A DNA stretch of 64,000 bases from Paracoccaceae bacterium (GCA_041441915.1 JASDRS010000017.1:63016-127015), one strand, 5' to 3'. Counted from the stretch's first letter, positions 1 through 10,475 are shown. Notes: generated by a model not told the origin, from the sequence alone. Made by a program: numbers and translations.

Positions 1-386
1 CCAAGCTGCAGGGGTATGATTTAAAGCGCATTATGCGCACAGGTACTGTGGCTACAATTGATAATCGGAATTGGGAATTGCGCGACCATTCGGGCCCCGT
101 GCAACGCTTAAGCCAAAGCCGTGCCATTGCTTTGGACATGGAAAGCGCTACCATCGCCGCCAATGGCTTTCGCTTCCGCGTTCCATATGGCACGCTTTTG
201 TGCGTTTCAGACAAGCCCTTGCATGGCGAATTGAAACTGCCTGGAATGGCCTCAGACTTTTATAAAACGCAAGTGGCACGCCATTTACAAATTGGTATCT
301 CCGCGATGGAAAGCCTAAGAAAGATGCCTAATGGCCAAATTCACAGTCGAAAGTTGCGTAGTTTTGTAGAAACAGCATTTCTTTAA
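1..386 (+). CDS. amn: AMP nucleosidase, C-terminal part (5' end outside window)
   Basis: The frame-3 ORF is open from the window edge. It contains NRNWELRDHSG..AIALDMESATIAANGFRFRVPYGTLLCVSDKPLHGELKLPG..HSRKLRSF, close to the C-terminus of enterobacterial Amn as I remember it. Confidence 0.85.
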   Translation, partial: KLQGYDLKRIMRTGTVATIDNRNWELRDHSGPVQRLSQSRAIALDMESATIAANGFRFRVPYGTLLCVSDKPLHGELKLPGMASDFYKTQVARHLQIGISAMESLRKMPNGQIHSRKLRSFVETAFL

Positions 387-508
387 GTGATAAGACATAT
401 AATTGTTGTATATTTGGATTGATTTGTGATTAAAAAGCTAGTTTACCAAATGAAGATAAATTAAAATATGAAATTAAAAAATACAAAAACCAAATAAAGG
501 AAAAGATA

Positions 509-796
509 ATGATTAAACCATTAACCAAGACCCAACTTATTGCTGCATTAGCCGAGGCAATGGGTGGCGATAAAAAGAGTGCTGGTGCTGCGCTTGACGC
601 TATAGCAGCGGTTGTTGCTCGTGAAGTTTCTGCTGGTGGCGCTGTGACGCTGCCAGGCTTGGGTAAAGTGGTTTGCCGTGCCCGTCCAGAGCGCCAAGTT
701 CGTAACCCTGCGACAGGCGCAACAATGATGAAAGCTGCTGACAAACAAGTTAAATTTACAATTGCAAAAGCGTTGAAAGATTCCGTTAACGTTTGA
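509..796 (+). CDS. HU/IHF-family histone-like DNA-binding protein
   Basis: 95 aa. It has HU-like features (TKTQLIAALAE..., RNPATGATM arm, KFTIAKALKDSVN tail), an AAGGAAAAG RBS region, and an AT-rich upstream region. Confidence 0.85.
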   Translation: MIKPLTKTQLIAALAEAMGGDKKSAGAALDAIAAVVAREVSAGGAVTLPGLGKVVCRARPERQVRNPATGATMMKAADKQVKFTIAKALKDSVNV

Positions 797-821
797 TTAG
801 GGCATTTGCATTTATAATTAA

Positions 822-848
822 GGGCCGCCATTAGGCGGCCTTTACTTT
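822..848 (+). terminator. Rho-independent terminator after the HU gene
   Basis: GGCCGCC-ATTA-GGCGGCC hairpin (823..840) followed by TTTACTTTT. Confidence 0.6.
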
Positions 849-871
849 TGGCCAAGAGGCGGTGAGCGGTA

Positions 872-1768
872 ATGGACTTTAAATGTATGATTATGGGGCT
901 AACCTTTGCATTCATGTGGTCATCGGCCTTTGCTACAGCGCGTATTATTGTGGCTGCGGCCCCGCCCTTACACAGCCTTGCCCTGCGATTTTTTGTGGCT
1001 GGAGCTGTGGCTATATTGATTGCAAAAATTTTAGGCCAAACATGGCAACTTACTAAAAGCCAATGGCGGGCAACGCTTATATTTGGCATATGCCAAAACG
1101 TGATATACTTGGGACTGAACTTTATTGCGATGCAGAAGATAGAAGCGTCGCTGGCGGCGATCGTAGCATCTACCATGCCACTGCTTGTGGCGCTGTTGGG
1201 CTGGGTTTTTCTAAAAGAAAAACTGCGCGCAACAGCAATTATGGGGCTTTTAGCGGGTTTTTTAGGAGTTGCCTTAATTATGAGTGACCGCATTACTGCG
1301 GGTGCGGATGTCATGGGGTTGATCCTATGTGCGATTGCGGCGCTGGCGCTTGCTACGGCCACTTTGGCGCTTCGTGGCGCTAGTGGCGGAGGAAATATAT
1401 TGATGGTGGTTGGATTGCAAATGCTGGTGGGGGCCGTGATTTTAAGCCTTGTTGGTCTTATGTGGGAGCCGTGGTTTTTAAAGCCGTCACTTCCACTATT
1501 AGGCGCCTTTGTCTATCAAATCTTCATTCCAGGGCTGGGGGCTACCTTGATTTGGTTTGGCCTAGTCTCACGTGTGGGAGCGGTCCGAGCATCATCTTTC
1601 CATTTTCTAAACCCGTTCTTTGGAGTTTTGATTGCTGCCGTTCTTTTGGGAGAGACCATTCATCCCCGTGATCTGATAGGTGTGACTATTATAATGCTTG
1701 GAATTTGGGCCGTACAAATGTCGCGCTCGGCGGCACAAGCGGCAGTGGCTAAGGGCGCGTCGGATTAA
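872..1768 (+). CDS. EamA/DMT-family transporter (10-TM permease)
   Basis: 298 aa, highly hydrophobic, with two EamA-like halves. The start codon is uncertain because several in-frame Met lie near the N-terminus. Confidence 0.8.
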   Translation: MDFKCMIMGLTFAFMWSSAFATARIIVAAAPPLHSLALRFFVAGAVAILIAKILGQTWQLTKSQWRATLIFGICQNVIYLGLNFIAMQKIEASLAAIVASTMPLLVALLGWVFLKEKLRATAIMGLLAGFLGVALIMSDRITAGADVMGLILCAIAALALATATLALRGASGGGNILMVVGLQMLVGAVILSLVGLMWEPWFLKPSLPLLGAFVYQIFIPGLGATLIWFGLVSRVGAVRASSFHFLNPFFGVLIAAVLLGETIHPRDLIGVTIIMLGIWAVQMSRSAAQAAVAKGASD

Positions 1769-2865
1769 CCAATCTGCCCGCGTGCTCCTCCTGTTTGCCC
1801 TCGATCAAGTAAAAAATGATCAAGTAGTATGCATGCCATCATTGCTTCGCCAACAGGTACCGCCCGAATGCCCACGCAGGGGTCATGGCGGCCCTTTGTG
1901 CTTAGGTCTATCTCATCGCCCGCGATAGTCACTGTACGCTGTGGTGTTAGGATCGACGAGGTCGGCTTGACTGCAAACCGCACCACCACATCTTGCCCAG
2001 TTGAAATGCCGCCCAAAATACCACCTGCGTGGTTAGATATATATTTGGGGCCATCTTTGCCCATGCGAATTTCGTCAGCATTGGTCACGCCCGTTAGTGC
2101 AGCCACTGCCATGCCGTCGCCAATTTCAACGCCCTTAACAGCGTTTATGCTCATCATCGCAGCAGCCAAGTCGCTGTCAAGTTTGGCATAGATGGGAGCG
2201 CCAAAGCCCGCAGGCACGCCGCTGGCCACTACCTCAATTATGGCACCAACTGAATCGTGGTTGTGGCGCAGTTCGTCCAAATATGTGGCCCAATGTTCGG
2301 CGGCCTTTGGGTCAGGTGACCAAAAGGGATTGGCTGTAATTACATTTTGGTCAAAGCGCGCACGGTCGATCTCGTGTGGACCCATTTGTATCATATAACC
2401 AGTGATCTTAATCTGGGGGGCAAGACTTTCTAAGGCTAAGCGCGCCAGCCCACCTGCCGCCACACGCGACGCAGTCTCGCGCGCAGATGAACGCCCACCC
2501 CCGCGCGGATCGCGCAGCCCATATTTTTGGTGATAGGTGATGTCGGCATGGCCGGGGCGAAAGCTTTGCGCAATATCGCCATAGTCCTTTGAACGTTGGT
2601 CGGTATTTTCAATCAACATCTGGATAGGTGCACCGGTGGTCACGCCCTCATAAAGGCCAGACAACAAGCGCACTTCATCAGGTTCGCGGCGTTGGGTGGT
2701 GAACCTATTCTGGCCAGGTTTACGCTTATCAAGCCAGAGTTGAATATCTTGGTGTGTGACGGCAATGCCGGGTGGGCAGCCGTCAACTGTAGCGCCAATG
2801 GCTGTCCCGTGGCTCTCACCCCAAGTGGTGACGCGAAACAAACGGCCAAATGTATTGAAGCTCAT
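1765..2865 (-). CDS. aroC: chorismate synthase
   Basis: 366 aa. The N-terminus is [20 protein letters not shown], and GHADITY and GRHDPCV motifs are present. Confidence 0.95.
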   Translation of the reverse strand: MSFNTFGRLFRVTTWGESHGTAIGATVDGCPPGIAVTHQDIQLWLDKRKPGQNRFTTQRREPDEVRLLSGLYEGVTTGAPIQMLIENTDQRSKDYGDIAQSFRPGHADITYHQKYGLRDPRGGGRSSARETASRVAAGGLARLALESLAPQIKITGYMIQMGPHEIDRARFDQNVITANPFWSPDPKAAEHWATYLDELRHNHDSVGAIIEVVASGVPAGFGAPIYAKLDSDLAAAMMSINAVKGVEIGDGMAVAALTGVTNADEIRMGKDGPKYISNHAGGILGGISTGQDVVVRFAVKPTSSILTPQRTVTIAGDEIDLSTKGRHDPCVGIRAVPVGEAMMACILLDHFLLDRGQTGGARGQIG

Positions 2866-2967
2866 CTCTTTTCCTTACCACAGCCCGTCACATAATTGCC
2901 TTGGTGCTCTAAGACCCGTTAAACAGCTTTTGCGACCAAAGCGCAACATTGCGTAAATGATCTACCC

Positions 2968-2995
2968 TTGCGCGCGCAATCTTTAGCATTATAGT
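2968..2995 (+). promoter_or_regulatory. candidate sigma70-type promoter for the thi leader
   Basis: TTGCGC (2968..2973), a 16-nt spacer, then TATAGT (2990..2995). This places the transcription start just before the riboswitch P1 stem. Confidence 0.4.
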
Positions 2996-3001
2996 GGCCG
3001 A

Positions 3002-3079
3002 ACCTCGGGGGGCCATATGGCTGAGATGCGCAAGCGGACCCGTTGAACCTGAACCGGTTAAGACCGGCGGAGGGAAGGT
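3002..3079 (+). promoter_or_regulatory. TPP (THI-box) riboswitch
   Basis: CCUCGGGGGGCC..GGCUGAGAUGCG..ACCCGUUGAACCUGAACCGGUUAAGACCGGCGGAGGGAAGG matches the conserved CUGAGA, ACCUGA and GGGAA cores of the TPP aptamer. It lies directly upstream of thiamine ABC transporter genes. Confidence 0.85.
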
Positions 3080-3129
3080 GTATGGAATTGTCCATCCCGC
3101 TCCGCCCGTTGCAGATAAGGATGATGGCG

Positions 3130-4119
3130 ATGCGAAAAATATCTCTATTTGCTGCGGGTTTCTATGCTTTGGCTTCTATGGCTCATGCAGAAACCCCAGT
3201 TTTAAATGTGCTAACCTATGACAGTTTTACCTCGGAATGGGGCCCTGGCCCTGCAGTGGAAGCCGCATTTGAGCCCCTTTGCGCTTGTGATTTGGTGTTT
3301 CAGGGTGCGGGTGATGGCGCCGCACTTTTGGCCCGCATTCAACTTGAAGGGGTCAGTTCCGACGTCGATGTGGTTTTGGGGCTTGATACAAGCTTAACCG
3401 AAGCGGCCCGCGCCACAGGTCTGTTTGCGGCATTGCCTGACCTGCCCGCCCCAGATTTGCCAATTTCTTGGCAAGATGTCACCTTTGCGCCCTTTGATTG
3501 GGGTTGGTTTGCCTTCGTATACGACAACACGAAACTCAACCAAGCGCCGCAGTCTTTCGTTGAACTGGCCGCATCTGGTTTGAAGATAGTGATCCAAGAT
3601 CCGCGGTCTTCGACACCCGGTCTTGGACTTTTACTCTGGGTCAAGGCGGCTTACGGGGATGGGGCAGCGCAAGTGTGGGCTGATCTGGCCGATAATATTG
3701 TAACGGTGACGCCTGACTGGTCGCAAAGCTATGGCATGTTTCTGGCTGGTGAAGTGGATATGGTCCTTAGCTACACGACCTCGCCCGCTTATCATTTAAT
3801 TGCGGAATCTGACACAACAAAGTCAGCGGCAAAATTCAGCGAAGGCCATTATATGCAGGTCGAAGTCGCCGGAAAATTGGCTGCGACAGATCAGCCAAAA
3901 TTGGCAGATCAATTTTTGGCCTTTATGATCAGCCCAGCCTTTCAAAATATCATCCCCCAAACCAACTGGATGTATCCTGCACATGCGTTACCACAGGGGC
4001 TGCCCTCAGGATTTGAAAAGATGATCACGCCAAACGTTTCGTTGCTCATGTCGTCGCAACAGGCATTTAAAAGCCGAGACCCGGCTCTGAACGAATGGCG
4101 CGCCGCGCTTTCCCGCTAG
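3130..4119 (+). CDS. thiB: thiamine ABC transporter substrate-binding protein
   Basis: The start is reassigned to the Met that opens a signal peptide (MRKISLFAAGFYALASMAHA). The ORF-track start at 3043 would overlap the riboswitch. The gene precedes thiP/thiQ. Confidence 0.85.
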   Translation: MRKISLFAAGFYALASMAHAETPVLNVLTYDSFTSEWGPGPAVEAAFEPLCACDLVFQGAGDGAALLARIQLEGVSSDVDVVLGLDTSLTEAARATGLFAALPDLPAPDLPISWQDVTFAPFDWGWFAFVYDNTKLNQAPQSFVELAASGLKIVIQDPRSSTPGLGLLLWVKAAYGDGAAQVWADLADNIVTVTPDWSQSYGMFLAGEVDMVLSYTTSPAYHLIAESDTTKSAAKFSEGHYMQVEVAGKLAATDQPKLADQFLAFMISPAFQNIIPQTNWMYPAHALPQGLPSGFEKMITPNVSLLMSSQQAFKSRDPALNEWRAALSR

Positions 4120-5630
4120 GCCTTGGTGCCGTCACCGCTGGCCTAGGCCTCTTTTTGTTGGGGCCCTTGGCAGCGGTGATGTGGCGCGCAGATCAGGGCT
4201 TTTCGCGCTTTGATCTGGCCGCAGTTTCATTTACATTTTGGCAAGCGGCGTTGTCTGCGGCGCTATCGATGGCTTTGGCTGTGCCCGTCGCACGCGCGCT
4301 ATTTAGGCGCCGATTTTTGGGGCGCTCCTTCGTGATTTCGATTTTAGGAGCGCCGTTTCTGTTGCCTGTAATAGTGGCTGTGTTGGGGCTTTTGTCAATC
4401 TTTGGGCGCGCGGGGCTTTTGGCGGCTATTGCGGCTAAGTTTGGCGTCACGCTACCGCCTATTTATGGCGCAGGTGGGGTGATCTTGGCCCATGTATTTT
4501 TAAACATGCCTTTTGGGGTTCGGCTTTTGCTGTTGGGTTGGCAAGGCATTCCGTCCGAGCGTTTTCGTTTGGCGCAATCCTTAGGTTTTGTACCAAAAGC
4601 GACGTTTTTACATTTAGAATGGCCAATGCTGCGCTTGGTTCTTCCAGGGGCTTTGATGGCGATTTTTGTGATCTGTCTGTCAAGCTTCGCTGTTGCCCTA
4701 ACCTTGGGCGGAGGGCCCCGTGCAACGACCGTCGAGCTTTCGATTTATCAAGCCTTACGGTTTGACTTTAATTTAGGCGCCGCCGCTACCCTTGCCATCA
4801 TGCAGTTCGCTCTTTGCTTGGCCGCCCTTTTCCTGAGCACGGCCTTGCCTGTTCAACATGGCTTTGGTCGGGGGCTCGACCGTGAGGTGGTGCTCCAAAG
4901 CCTGAAAGGATGGAGGCGATGGGCAGATTTTGTGCTTTTACTTATGGCTATGTGCTTTTTGCTTTTGCCACTGGGGGGACTTTTTATCAATGGCTTTTGG
5001 GGGCTTTCTGCTTTGCCCGCGCCAATTTGGCTTGCAGCACTTCGATCTGTTGGGGTGGCGCTTTGCGCAGCCTTTTTGGCCTGCCTATTGGCCTTTGTTT
5101 TAGCGCGCGCAAGCCTCCAGTTTGGGCGCTCGTTTGACGCTGTTGCGATGTTGCCTTTGGCCACGTCTTCTCTAGTGCTCGGGACAGGTATATTTCTGAT
5201 CATCCATCCGTTTATCAGCCCAGCTAAGGCGGCACTAGTCATAACTATTTTGACCAATGGCTGCCTATCACTGCCCTTTGCCTTTCGAATTTTACTGCCG
5301 GATTTGCGGCGGATTTATGAAGACTATGGCCGCCAAATTGCGCTTTATGGCCTGGAGCCTTGGGCGGCGCTGCGCTTTGTAATTTGGCCTCGCATGCGCC
5401 GCGCGATCGGGTTTGCCATGGGGGTGACGGCGGCCTTGTCGATGGGCGACCTGGGCGTGATTACGCTATTTGCAAGCCAAGATGGGGCCACTTTGCCAAT
5501 GATGATTGCAAGGCTTTTGGGGGCCTATAAAATGGAAACGGCGGCTAGTGCCTCTTTGTTTTTGGTGATATTGACCTTTGGGATATTTTGGCTGTTTGAT
5601 TATGGAGGGCGCAGACATGCTCAGGATTGA
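4095..5630 (+). CDS. thiP: thiamine ABC transporter permease (duplicated MetI-like domains)
   Basis: 511 aa polytopic membrane protein that overlaps the thiB stop. Position in the thiBPQ arrangement supports the call. Confidence 0.85.
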   Translation: MARRAFPLGLGAVTAGLGLFLLGPLAAVMWRADQGFSRFDLAAVSFTFWQAALSAALSMALAVPVARALFRRRFLGRSFVISILGAPFLLPVIVAVLGLLSIFGRAGLLAAIAAKFGVTLPPIYGAGGVILAHVFLNMPFGVRLLLLGWQGIPSERFRLAQSLGFVPKATFLHLEWPMLRLVLPGALMAIFVICLSSFAVALTLGGGPRATTVELSIYQALRFDFNLGAAATLAIMQFALCLAALFLSTALPVQHGFGRGLDREVVLQSLKGWRRWADFVLLLMAMCFLLLPLGGLFINGFWGLSALPAPIWLAALRSVGVALCAAFLACLLAFVLARASLQFGRSFDAVAMLPLATSSLVLGTGIFLIIHPFISPAKAALVITILTNGCLSLPFAFRILLPDLRRIYEDYGRQIALYGLEPWAALRFVIWPRMRRAIGFAMGVTAALSMGDLGVITLFASQDGATLPMMIARLLGAYKMETAASASLFLVILTFGIFWLFDYGGRRHAQD

Positions 5631-6315
5631 AGGTCTTTATCTAGAACAGAGTGGTTTTGAACTGGGTGCTGATTTCGTGGCGCAAAGTGGCCAGCGCTTA
5701 GCTATTTTGGGGCCATCAGGGGCGGGTAAATCGTCTCTTTTGGCAGCAATTGGGGGATTTTTTACCCCCAAATCAGGCCATATATACTGGGAAGATCAAG
5801 AACTTACAAGTCTGCGCCCCAGCGATCGACCCGTGAGTTTTTTGTTTCAAGACCAAAATTTGTTCGCGCATTTGACTATAGAGGATAATCTGTGGCTCGC
5901 CCTGTCAGGGGGGCGTGGGCGCAAAACGGCAGGGCAAGCCGACCAGATTACAGACGCTTTAGAAAAGATGGGCTTAAGCGGTTATCAAGGCCGCAGGCCC
6001 GGCGCGCTTTCTGGTGGGCAGGTGGCGCGGGCGGCTTTGAGTATGGTGCTTTTACGCGCACGACCCATTATTTTGCTTGATGAACCCTTTGCCGCGCTAG
6101 GTCCCGGCCTTAAGCAAGAAATGCTGTCAGTAGTGCGAGATGTAGCGGCGCAAACCCAAGCTTTAGTTCTGCTGGTTACCCATCAGCCGCAAGATGCGTT
6201 GGATTTTGCGACTGATAGTATTTTTATAGATGCTGGGCGCACATCCTACCCAAAAAACACAAAAGAATTTTTCGCGCATCCATCACCAGAACTGCAGGAC
6301 TATTTGGGCAAATAA
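5617..6315 (+). CDS. thiQ: thiamine ABC transporter ATP-binding protein
   Basis: Walker A GPSGAGKSS, signature LSGGQ and Walker B ILLDEP are present. The start is placed at MLRIEGL, overlapping the thiP end. Confidence 0.85.
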   Translation: MLRIEGLYLEQSGFELGADFVAQSGQRLAILGPSGAGKSSLLAAIGGFFTPKSGHIYWEDQELTSLRPSDRPVSFLFQDQNLFAHLTIEDNLWLALSGGRGRKTAGQADQITDALEKMGLSGYQGRRPGALSGGQVARAALSMVLLRARPIILLDEPFAALGPGLKQEMLSVVRDVAAQTQALVLLVTHQPQDALDFATDSIFIDAGRTSYPKNTKEFFAHPSPELQDYLGK

Positions 6316-6362
6316 AACGCCCGTCCAAGGGCAGGGGGTTGATCAGTGGCCAAATGTCTTTC

Positions 6363-7211
6363 TTAGATTGATTTTTTTTTGCCTTTGATACCCGCCCAAA
6401 GACGCTTGTTGGTAAGGTAAAGGAGGCAGGCCAAGGCACCAAGCATCAATACGGCAATAAAGCCTGTTTGCTTACGTGCCACCAATTTAGGCTCTGCTGT
6501 CCAAGTCAAGAACGACGCCACGTCTTCTGATAAATGTTCAACATTAGCTGGATGGCCATCAGCATACGTGATCACATCTTCATAGAAGGGGGGCGGCATC
6601 GCAATCCAGGACCCTTGAACTGTGGATACGCCAAGCTCGTCTTTACAAGTCTCTGGAACGCCACCGTTCGGGAAGGCATTGTTATAGTAGCCACTGAAGT
6701 CCTCTGGCGCGCAGGCGGGCGCCTCTTGATAGCCCATCAAAAGCGACGCGATATATTCCGAACCACCAATTCCGTTGAACAATTGGCTGATCCCTGTGCC
6801 GTATGGACCATGAAACGCAGCGCGTGCCTTGGCCATCACGCTTAGATCTGGTGCACTTTCCATGGCTGACATGGGAAAAAAATCGGTGGGTAAACGGTCA
6901 CGGTCTTCGCCAGTTTCGGTATCAACAATTGTGAACTCTTTGGCATAGGCGCGCACTTGTTCTGCAGGGAGCTCGGGTCCGCCTTCGTCTGCAAGCGTGC
7001 GAATTGGCACAAATTGCATCCCATGGCAGCCCGAGCAAACTTCAGTAAAGACCTGCAAGCCACGTTGTAGCTGGTGCTTGTCAAACTTACCAAACACTCC
7101 TTCATGTGCAAAATTTATGTCATCCACATGGCTTTGGGCGATTTCGGCCGAAGCCGTGCCCGATGCTAAAACGAGGGCAGAGACAGTGCTGATTGTGATT
7201 TTGCGAAACAT
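6363..7211 (-). CDS. petC: cytochrome c1 of the bc1 complex
   Basis: It has a CSGCH haem-binding motif, an N-terminal signal ([22 protein letters not shown]) and a C-terminal TM anchor. It is the third gene of petABC. The start is moved to 7211. Confidence 0.9.
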   Translation of the reverse strand: MFRKITISTVSALVLASGTASAEIAQSHVDDINFAHEGVFGKFDKHQLQRGLQVFTEVCSGCHGMQFVPIRTLADEGGPELPAEQVRAYAKEFTIVDTETGEDRDRLPTDFFPMSAMESAPDLSVMAKARAAFHGPYGTGISQLFNGIGGSEYIASLLMGYQEAPACAPEDFSGYYNNAFPNGGVPETCKDELGVSTVQGSWIAMPPPFYEDVITYADGHPANVEHLSEDVASFLTWTAEPKLVARKQTGFIAVLMLGALACLLYLTNKRLWAGIKGKKKSI

Positions 7212-7230
7212 CTCAGTCAGTTCCTTTCTC

Positions 7231-8544
7231 TCACTCGGCCGAAGTGGCGTTGTGGTTGTTAAAGTCTTCCTCGATCGTTTTGGGCTGCGGCAGTGGGGTC
7301 TCAAAAACACCTAGCAGTGGTAAAATCACAAGAAAATAGCCAAACCAATAGGCCGATGCAATCAGGGAGATATAAGAGTAGATGCCTGTTGTGGGCATTG
7401 CACCAACCCAAGTCAGGACCACAAAGTCAACGCAAAGAAGCGCAAACCACATCTTGAACATTGGGCGATACTGGCCCGAACGTACTGGAGATGTATCCAG
7501 CCAAGGCACAAGTGCCATCACGGCAATCGACCCAAACATGGCCAAGACCCCAAAGAACTTCGCATCAATGATGCCAAAACTTAGGAATTGTACCAGTTGG
7601 ACGACCCATACGTCTGCAGTAAATGCACGCAAGATCGCATAGAAGGGCAGAAAATACCATTCTGGAACGATATGTGCAGGTGTCGAAAGTGGGTTTGCCA
7701 TGATGTAATTGTCAGGATGGCCCAAGTAATTTGGCATAAAGCCAACCACGGCAAAGAACACAGCCAAAATGAGGGTCAAGGCAAACAGGTCTTTGATCAC
7801 AAAATATGGCCAAAACGGCACAGTGTCTTTTTCAGCTTCGGCTTTTGAACTGCGGCGCACTTCAACACCAGTTGGGTTGTTATTGCCCGTGGTGTGGAAG
7901 GCCCAGATATGTAGTGCTACCAAGCCCGTGATCACAAAGGGCAACAAGTAGTGCAAGCTGAAGAAACGGTTTAATGTGGCATTGTCAGGTGCAGGCCCGC
8001 CCAAAAGGAAGGTTTGTAGCGTTTCGCCAATACCGGGGATCGCGCCAAATAAGCCCGTGATAACGGTTGCGCCCCAAAATGACATCTGACCCCAAGGCAA
8101 AACATAGCCAACAAACGCCGTGGCCATCATGGCCACATAGATCAATATACCAATGATCCATGTCACTTCGCGTGGGGCTTTATAGCTCCCATAAAAAAGG
8201 CTGCGGAAAATATGCAGATATACGGCTATAAAAAATAATGAACCGCCATTGGCATGCAGATAGCGGAACATGTAGCCACCGTTCACGTCGCGCATGATGT
8301 GCTCGACCGAAGCAAAGGCCATATTGACATGAGGCGTATAATGCATCGCGAGCACAACGCCAGTGATGATTTGCATCGCCAAACAAAATGTCAAAACAAT
8401 TCCCCAAATCCACATCCAATTTAGGTTTTTTGGGGTGGGGATCATCAATGTATCATAAATCAATCCTACAATCGGCAGGCGCGAATGAAGCCATTTGGCG
8501 CCTTTGGATTGGGGCTTGTAATGATCGTGGGGAATTCCAGCCAT
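7231..8544 (-). CDS. petB: cytochrome b
   Basis: 437 aa. It contains [10 protein letters not shown] and [13 protein letters not shown] motifs typical of cytochrome b. Confidence 0.95.
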   Translation of the reverse strand: MAGIPHDHYKPQSKGAKWLHSRLPIVGLIYDTLMIPTPKNLNWMWIWGIVLTFCLAMQIITGVVLAMHYTPHVNMAFASVEHIMRDVNGGYMFRYLHANGGSLFFIAVYLHIFRSLFYGSYKAPREVTWIIGILIYVAMMATAFVGYVLPWGQMSFWGATVITGLFGAIPGIGETLQTFLLGGPAPDNATLNRFFSLHYLLPFVITGLVALHIWAFHTTGNNNPTGVEVRRSSKAEAEKDTVPFWPYFVIKDLFALTLILAVFFAVVGFMPNYLGHPDNYIMANPLSTPAHIVPEWYFLPFYAILRAFTADVWVVQLVQFLSFGIIDAKFFGVLAMFGSIAVMALVPWLDTSPVRSGQYRPMFKMWFALLCVDFVVLTWVGAMPTTGIYSYISLIASAYWFGYFLVILPLLGVFETPLPQPKTIEEDFNNHNATSAE

Positions 8545-8553
8545 GATGTTTCC

Positions 8554-9114
8554 TTACCCGAGTTTAATCGTTGATGCGTCTTGGAATGCGGCAACTGGCA
8601 CTGGCAAGTTACGCGGTGCAGGGCCTCTCCGAATTCGGCCGGCACTGTCATAGTGCGATCCGTGGCACGGGCAGAACCAGCCACCAAAATCACCAGCCCC
8701 ATCGCCAATAGGCACACATCCCAAATGGGTGCAAACGCCCACCATCACTAGCCACTCACCCGCTTCATCGAGTGTACGGTTTACATCTGATGCATCTGCT
8801 TCAGGCTTATTGGCATTTCCGCCATTTGTATCGGCCAGATCATCCAAATTTGCTGCCCGACCAGCTTCAATTTCTTCCGCATTGCGGCGGCGAATAAACA
8901 CGGGTTGACCTCGCCATTTAACGGTCAGCTGCGTGCCAACCTCGACGCCACTTACATCAACAAAAATCGACGCAAGCGCCAAAGTATCTGCTGAGGGGTT
9001 CATTTGGTTCACCAGAGGCCACACGGCCGCTCCTGCAACAACAGCGCCTGTGCCAGCGGTGGCGTAATACAGAAAATCCCTGCGGGTGCCTGTTTGATCG
9101 TTTGCGTGGGACAC
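8554..9114 (-). CDS. petA: ubiquinol-cytochrome c reductase Rieske iron-sulfur subunit
   Basis: It has a Tat-like N-terminus (TRRDFLY) and the Rieske boxes CTHLGC and CPCHGS. Confidence 0.95.
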   Translation of the reverse strand: MSHANDQTGTRRDFLYYATAGTGAVVAGAAVWPLVNQMNPSADTLALASIFVDVSGVEVGTQLTVKWRGQPVFIRRRNAEEIEAGRAANLDDLADTNGGNANKPEADASDVNRTLDEAGEWLVMVGVCTHLGCVPIGDGAGDFGGWFCPCHGSHYDSAGRIRRGPAPRNLPVPVAAFQDASTIKLG

Positions 9115-9414
9115 GACAAATTCTCCATCTCAAAGCCGCGTTGCGCGGCCCATGCGGTACCAAAGCAGCGGTTGCCCGCAGCCATCTGATCGCTTTTTAG
9201 ACAATGCCTAGGCCCGCGTCCAGCGTACAAAGCACCACAGGTCAATTAATTACACGAAAATCATGGAAAGTTAGACAAACTTTTGGATATGGTGGCCGCT
9301 TGCCCACAAATAGTCTGATCAAAAGCCTAGCTTGGTGTTGATGTGATTTTTTGCATGATGGGGCAGGGTGAGGATTCTTTAAACCATCCAGAAAAAGGCA
9401 GGGCGATTTTGACG

Positions 9415-10069
9415 CTAGTTTCTACTAGCAAGGCGTAGAGCAAAATAGCCCAATGCGGCGCCCACAGCGATTTGGCCTGCGTTGATAGGCCCAACAAAAA
9501 CTCCCATATGGTCGTTTTCCAAATTATACAACGCGCGTCCAACTTTTGGCATTGGCCCTTAACCCAATCTGGGCGTTTTATTTTGGTGGAGTTTCCACGT
9601 CCCTCGATCACGGTGATTTAGAATCGAAAGGACAGAATCGTCTTCATCATGCCAGGCATGGCGCCGTTGGACATTTTGTTGGCAGGCCATGGTTTTTTTG
9701 GTGCAAGTGATGATTCGAAATTCTCCGAAATGGCATCAAGATGCGGCTTGAGCGTTTTGGGATTGGCTGGATGTAAAATCCCGCTCAGATGCACTGCGGC
9801 ATAATTCCAAGTTGGCATTTGATGCGACGCATCGTAAAAATTGGGGAAATATAGCAATCAGGCTCCGATAGAGCAAAGACACAAGGAGAAGGCAACGCTG
9901 CCCGCGCGATTGGGTTAAACTGGGCCAAATGTAACTTTTCCGATCCGCCGTCTGCCGATATTTTAATTGGAATGCGCGCCAACAAGGGCCCATTTATCGA
10001 CAGAACTCCAAAGCTGCAGTTGCGTAAAAAATCTAGGTTTTTTGGATAGGTGCCCCACGGAATACTGGA
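9415..10069 (-). pseudogene. decayed PaiB-family (FMN-binding split-barrel) gene
   Basis: PaiB-like segments are spread over different frames. The first is IPWGTYPKNLDFLRNCSFGVLS..LLARIPIKISADGG..PDCYISP (frame of ORF 9785..9985). After a 1-nt shift inside CCCCAATTTTT (about 9836..9847) comes FYDASHQMPTWNYAAVHLSG (ORF 9618..9857). An in-frame TAA at 9618..9620 is followed by continued weak similarity. No ATG, GTG or TTG sits at the expected N-terminus. Confidence 0.5.
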
Positions 10070-10090
10070 TTTGGATGCATTTTTCGCCCA

Positions 10091-10130
10091 AAAAATAAAA
10101 AAGCCGCCACAGGTTACCCTAGGGCGGCTC
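10091..10130 (-). terminator. Rho-independent terminator after rpmJ
   Basis: On the minus strand, a GAGCCGCC...GGCGGCTT hairpin is followed by TTTTTATTTTT. Confidence 0.55.
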
Positions 10131-10149
10131 TGTTCTATGGCAGAAACGA

Positions 10150-10275
10150 TCAGCCTTGACGAGCCTTAAAACGTTTTTGTGTTTTGTTTATTACATAAAC
10201 ACGGCCCTTGCGGCGCACAACTTGACAGTCACGGTGACGCGACTTCAACGAGCGGAGCGAGTTCGCAACTTTCAT
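10150..10275 (-). CDS. rpmJ: 50S ribosomal protein L36 (41 aa, non-zinc-ribbon type)
   Basis: Hand translation gives [41 protein letters not shown], preceded by a GGAGAG RBS. It is missing from the ORF track because it is shorter than 60 aa. Confidence 0.85.
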   Translation of the reverse strand: MKVANSLRSLKSRHRDCQVVRRKGRVYVINKTQKRFKARQG

Positions 10276-10343
10276 CGATCTCTCCTATTCTCGGCGCTCT
10301 GCGCCATAAAAATTTAGTGTGTTTCTTACGAAACACGGTGAAA

Positions 10344-10418
10344 TGGTGGGCGGTACTGGGATCGAACCAGTGGCCACTACGATGTCAACGTAGTGCTCTA
10401 CCGCTGAGCTAACCGCCC
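10344..10418 (-). tRNA. tRNA-Val (anticodon GAC), CCA encoded
   Basis: The reverse complement is GGGCGGTTAGCTCAGCGGTAGAGCACTACGTTGACATCGTAGTGGCCACTGGTTCGATCCCAGTACCGCCCACCA. It folds as a cloverleaf, has anticodon loop TTGACAT and a GGTTCGATCC T-arm. Confidence 0.9.
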
Positions 10419-10475
10419 TGACCCACCCTCCCCATTGCCAACAATGGCGGATGGATGTGGCATGCCGATCTGCGC

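Noticed and set aside
430-1362. 310-aa ORF on the minus strand
   Set aside because: It runs antisense to both the HU gene and the EamA transporter. It is Ala/Ile/Ser-rich low-complexity sequence with no recognisable motif, typical of a shadow ORF opposite real genes.
9327-9611. 94-aa ORF and a hand-found 45-aa hydrophobic ORF (9415..9552, MPKVGRALYNLENDHMGVFVGPINAGQIAVGAALGYFALRLASRN)
   Set aside because: The 94-aa ORF is the in-frame continuation beyond the TAA of the PaiB remnant. The 45-aa ORF lies within the same decayed region and has no RBS. Both are best explained as pseudogene debris, although a genuine small membrane peptide cannot be excluded.
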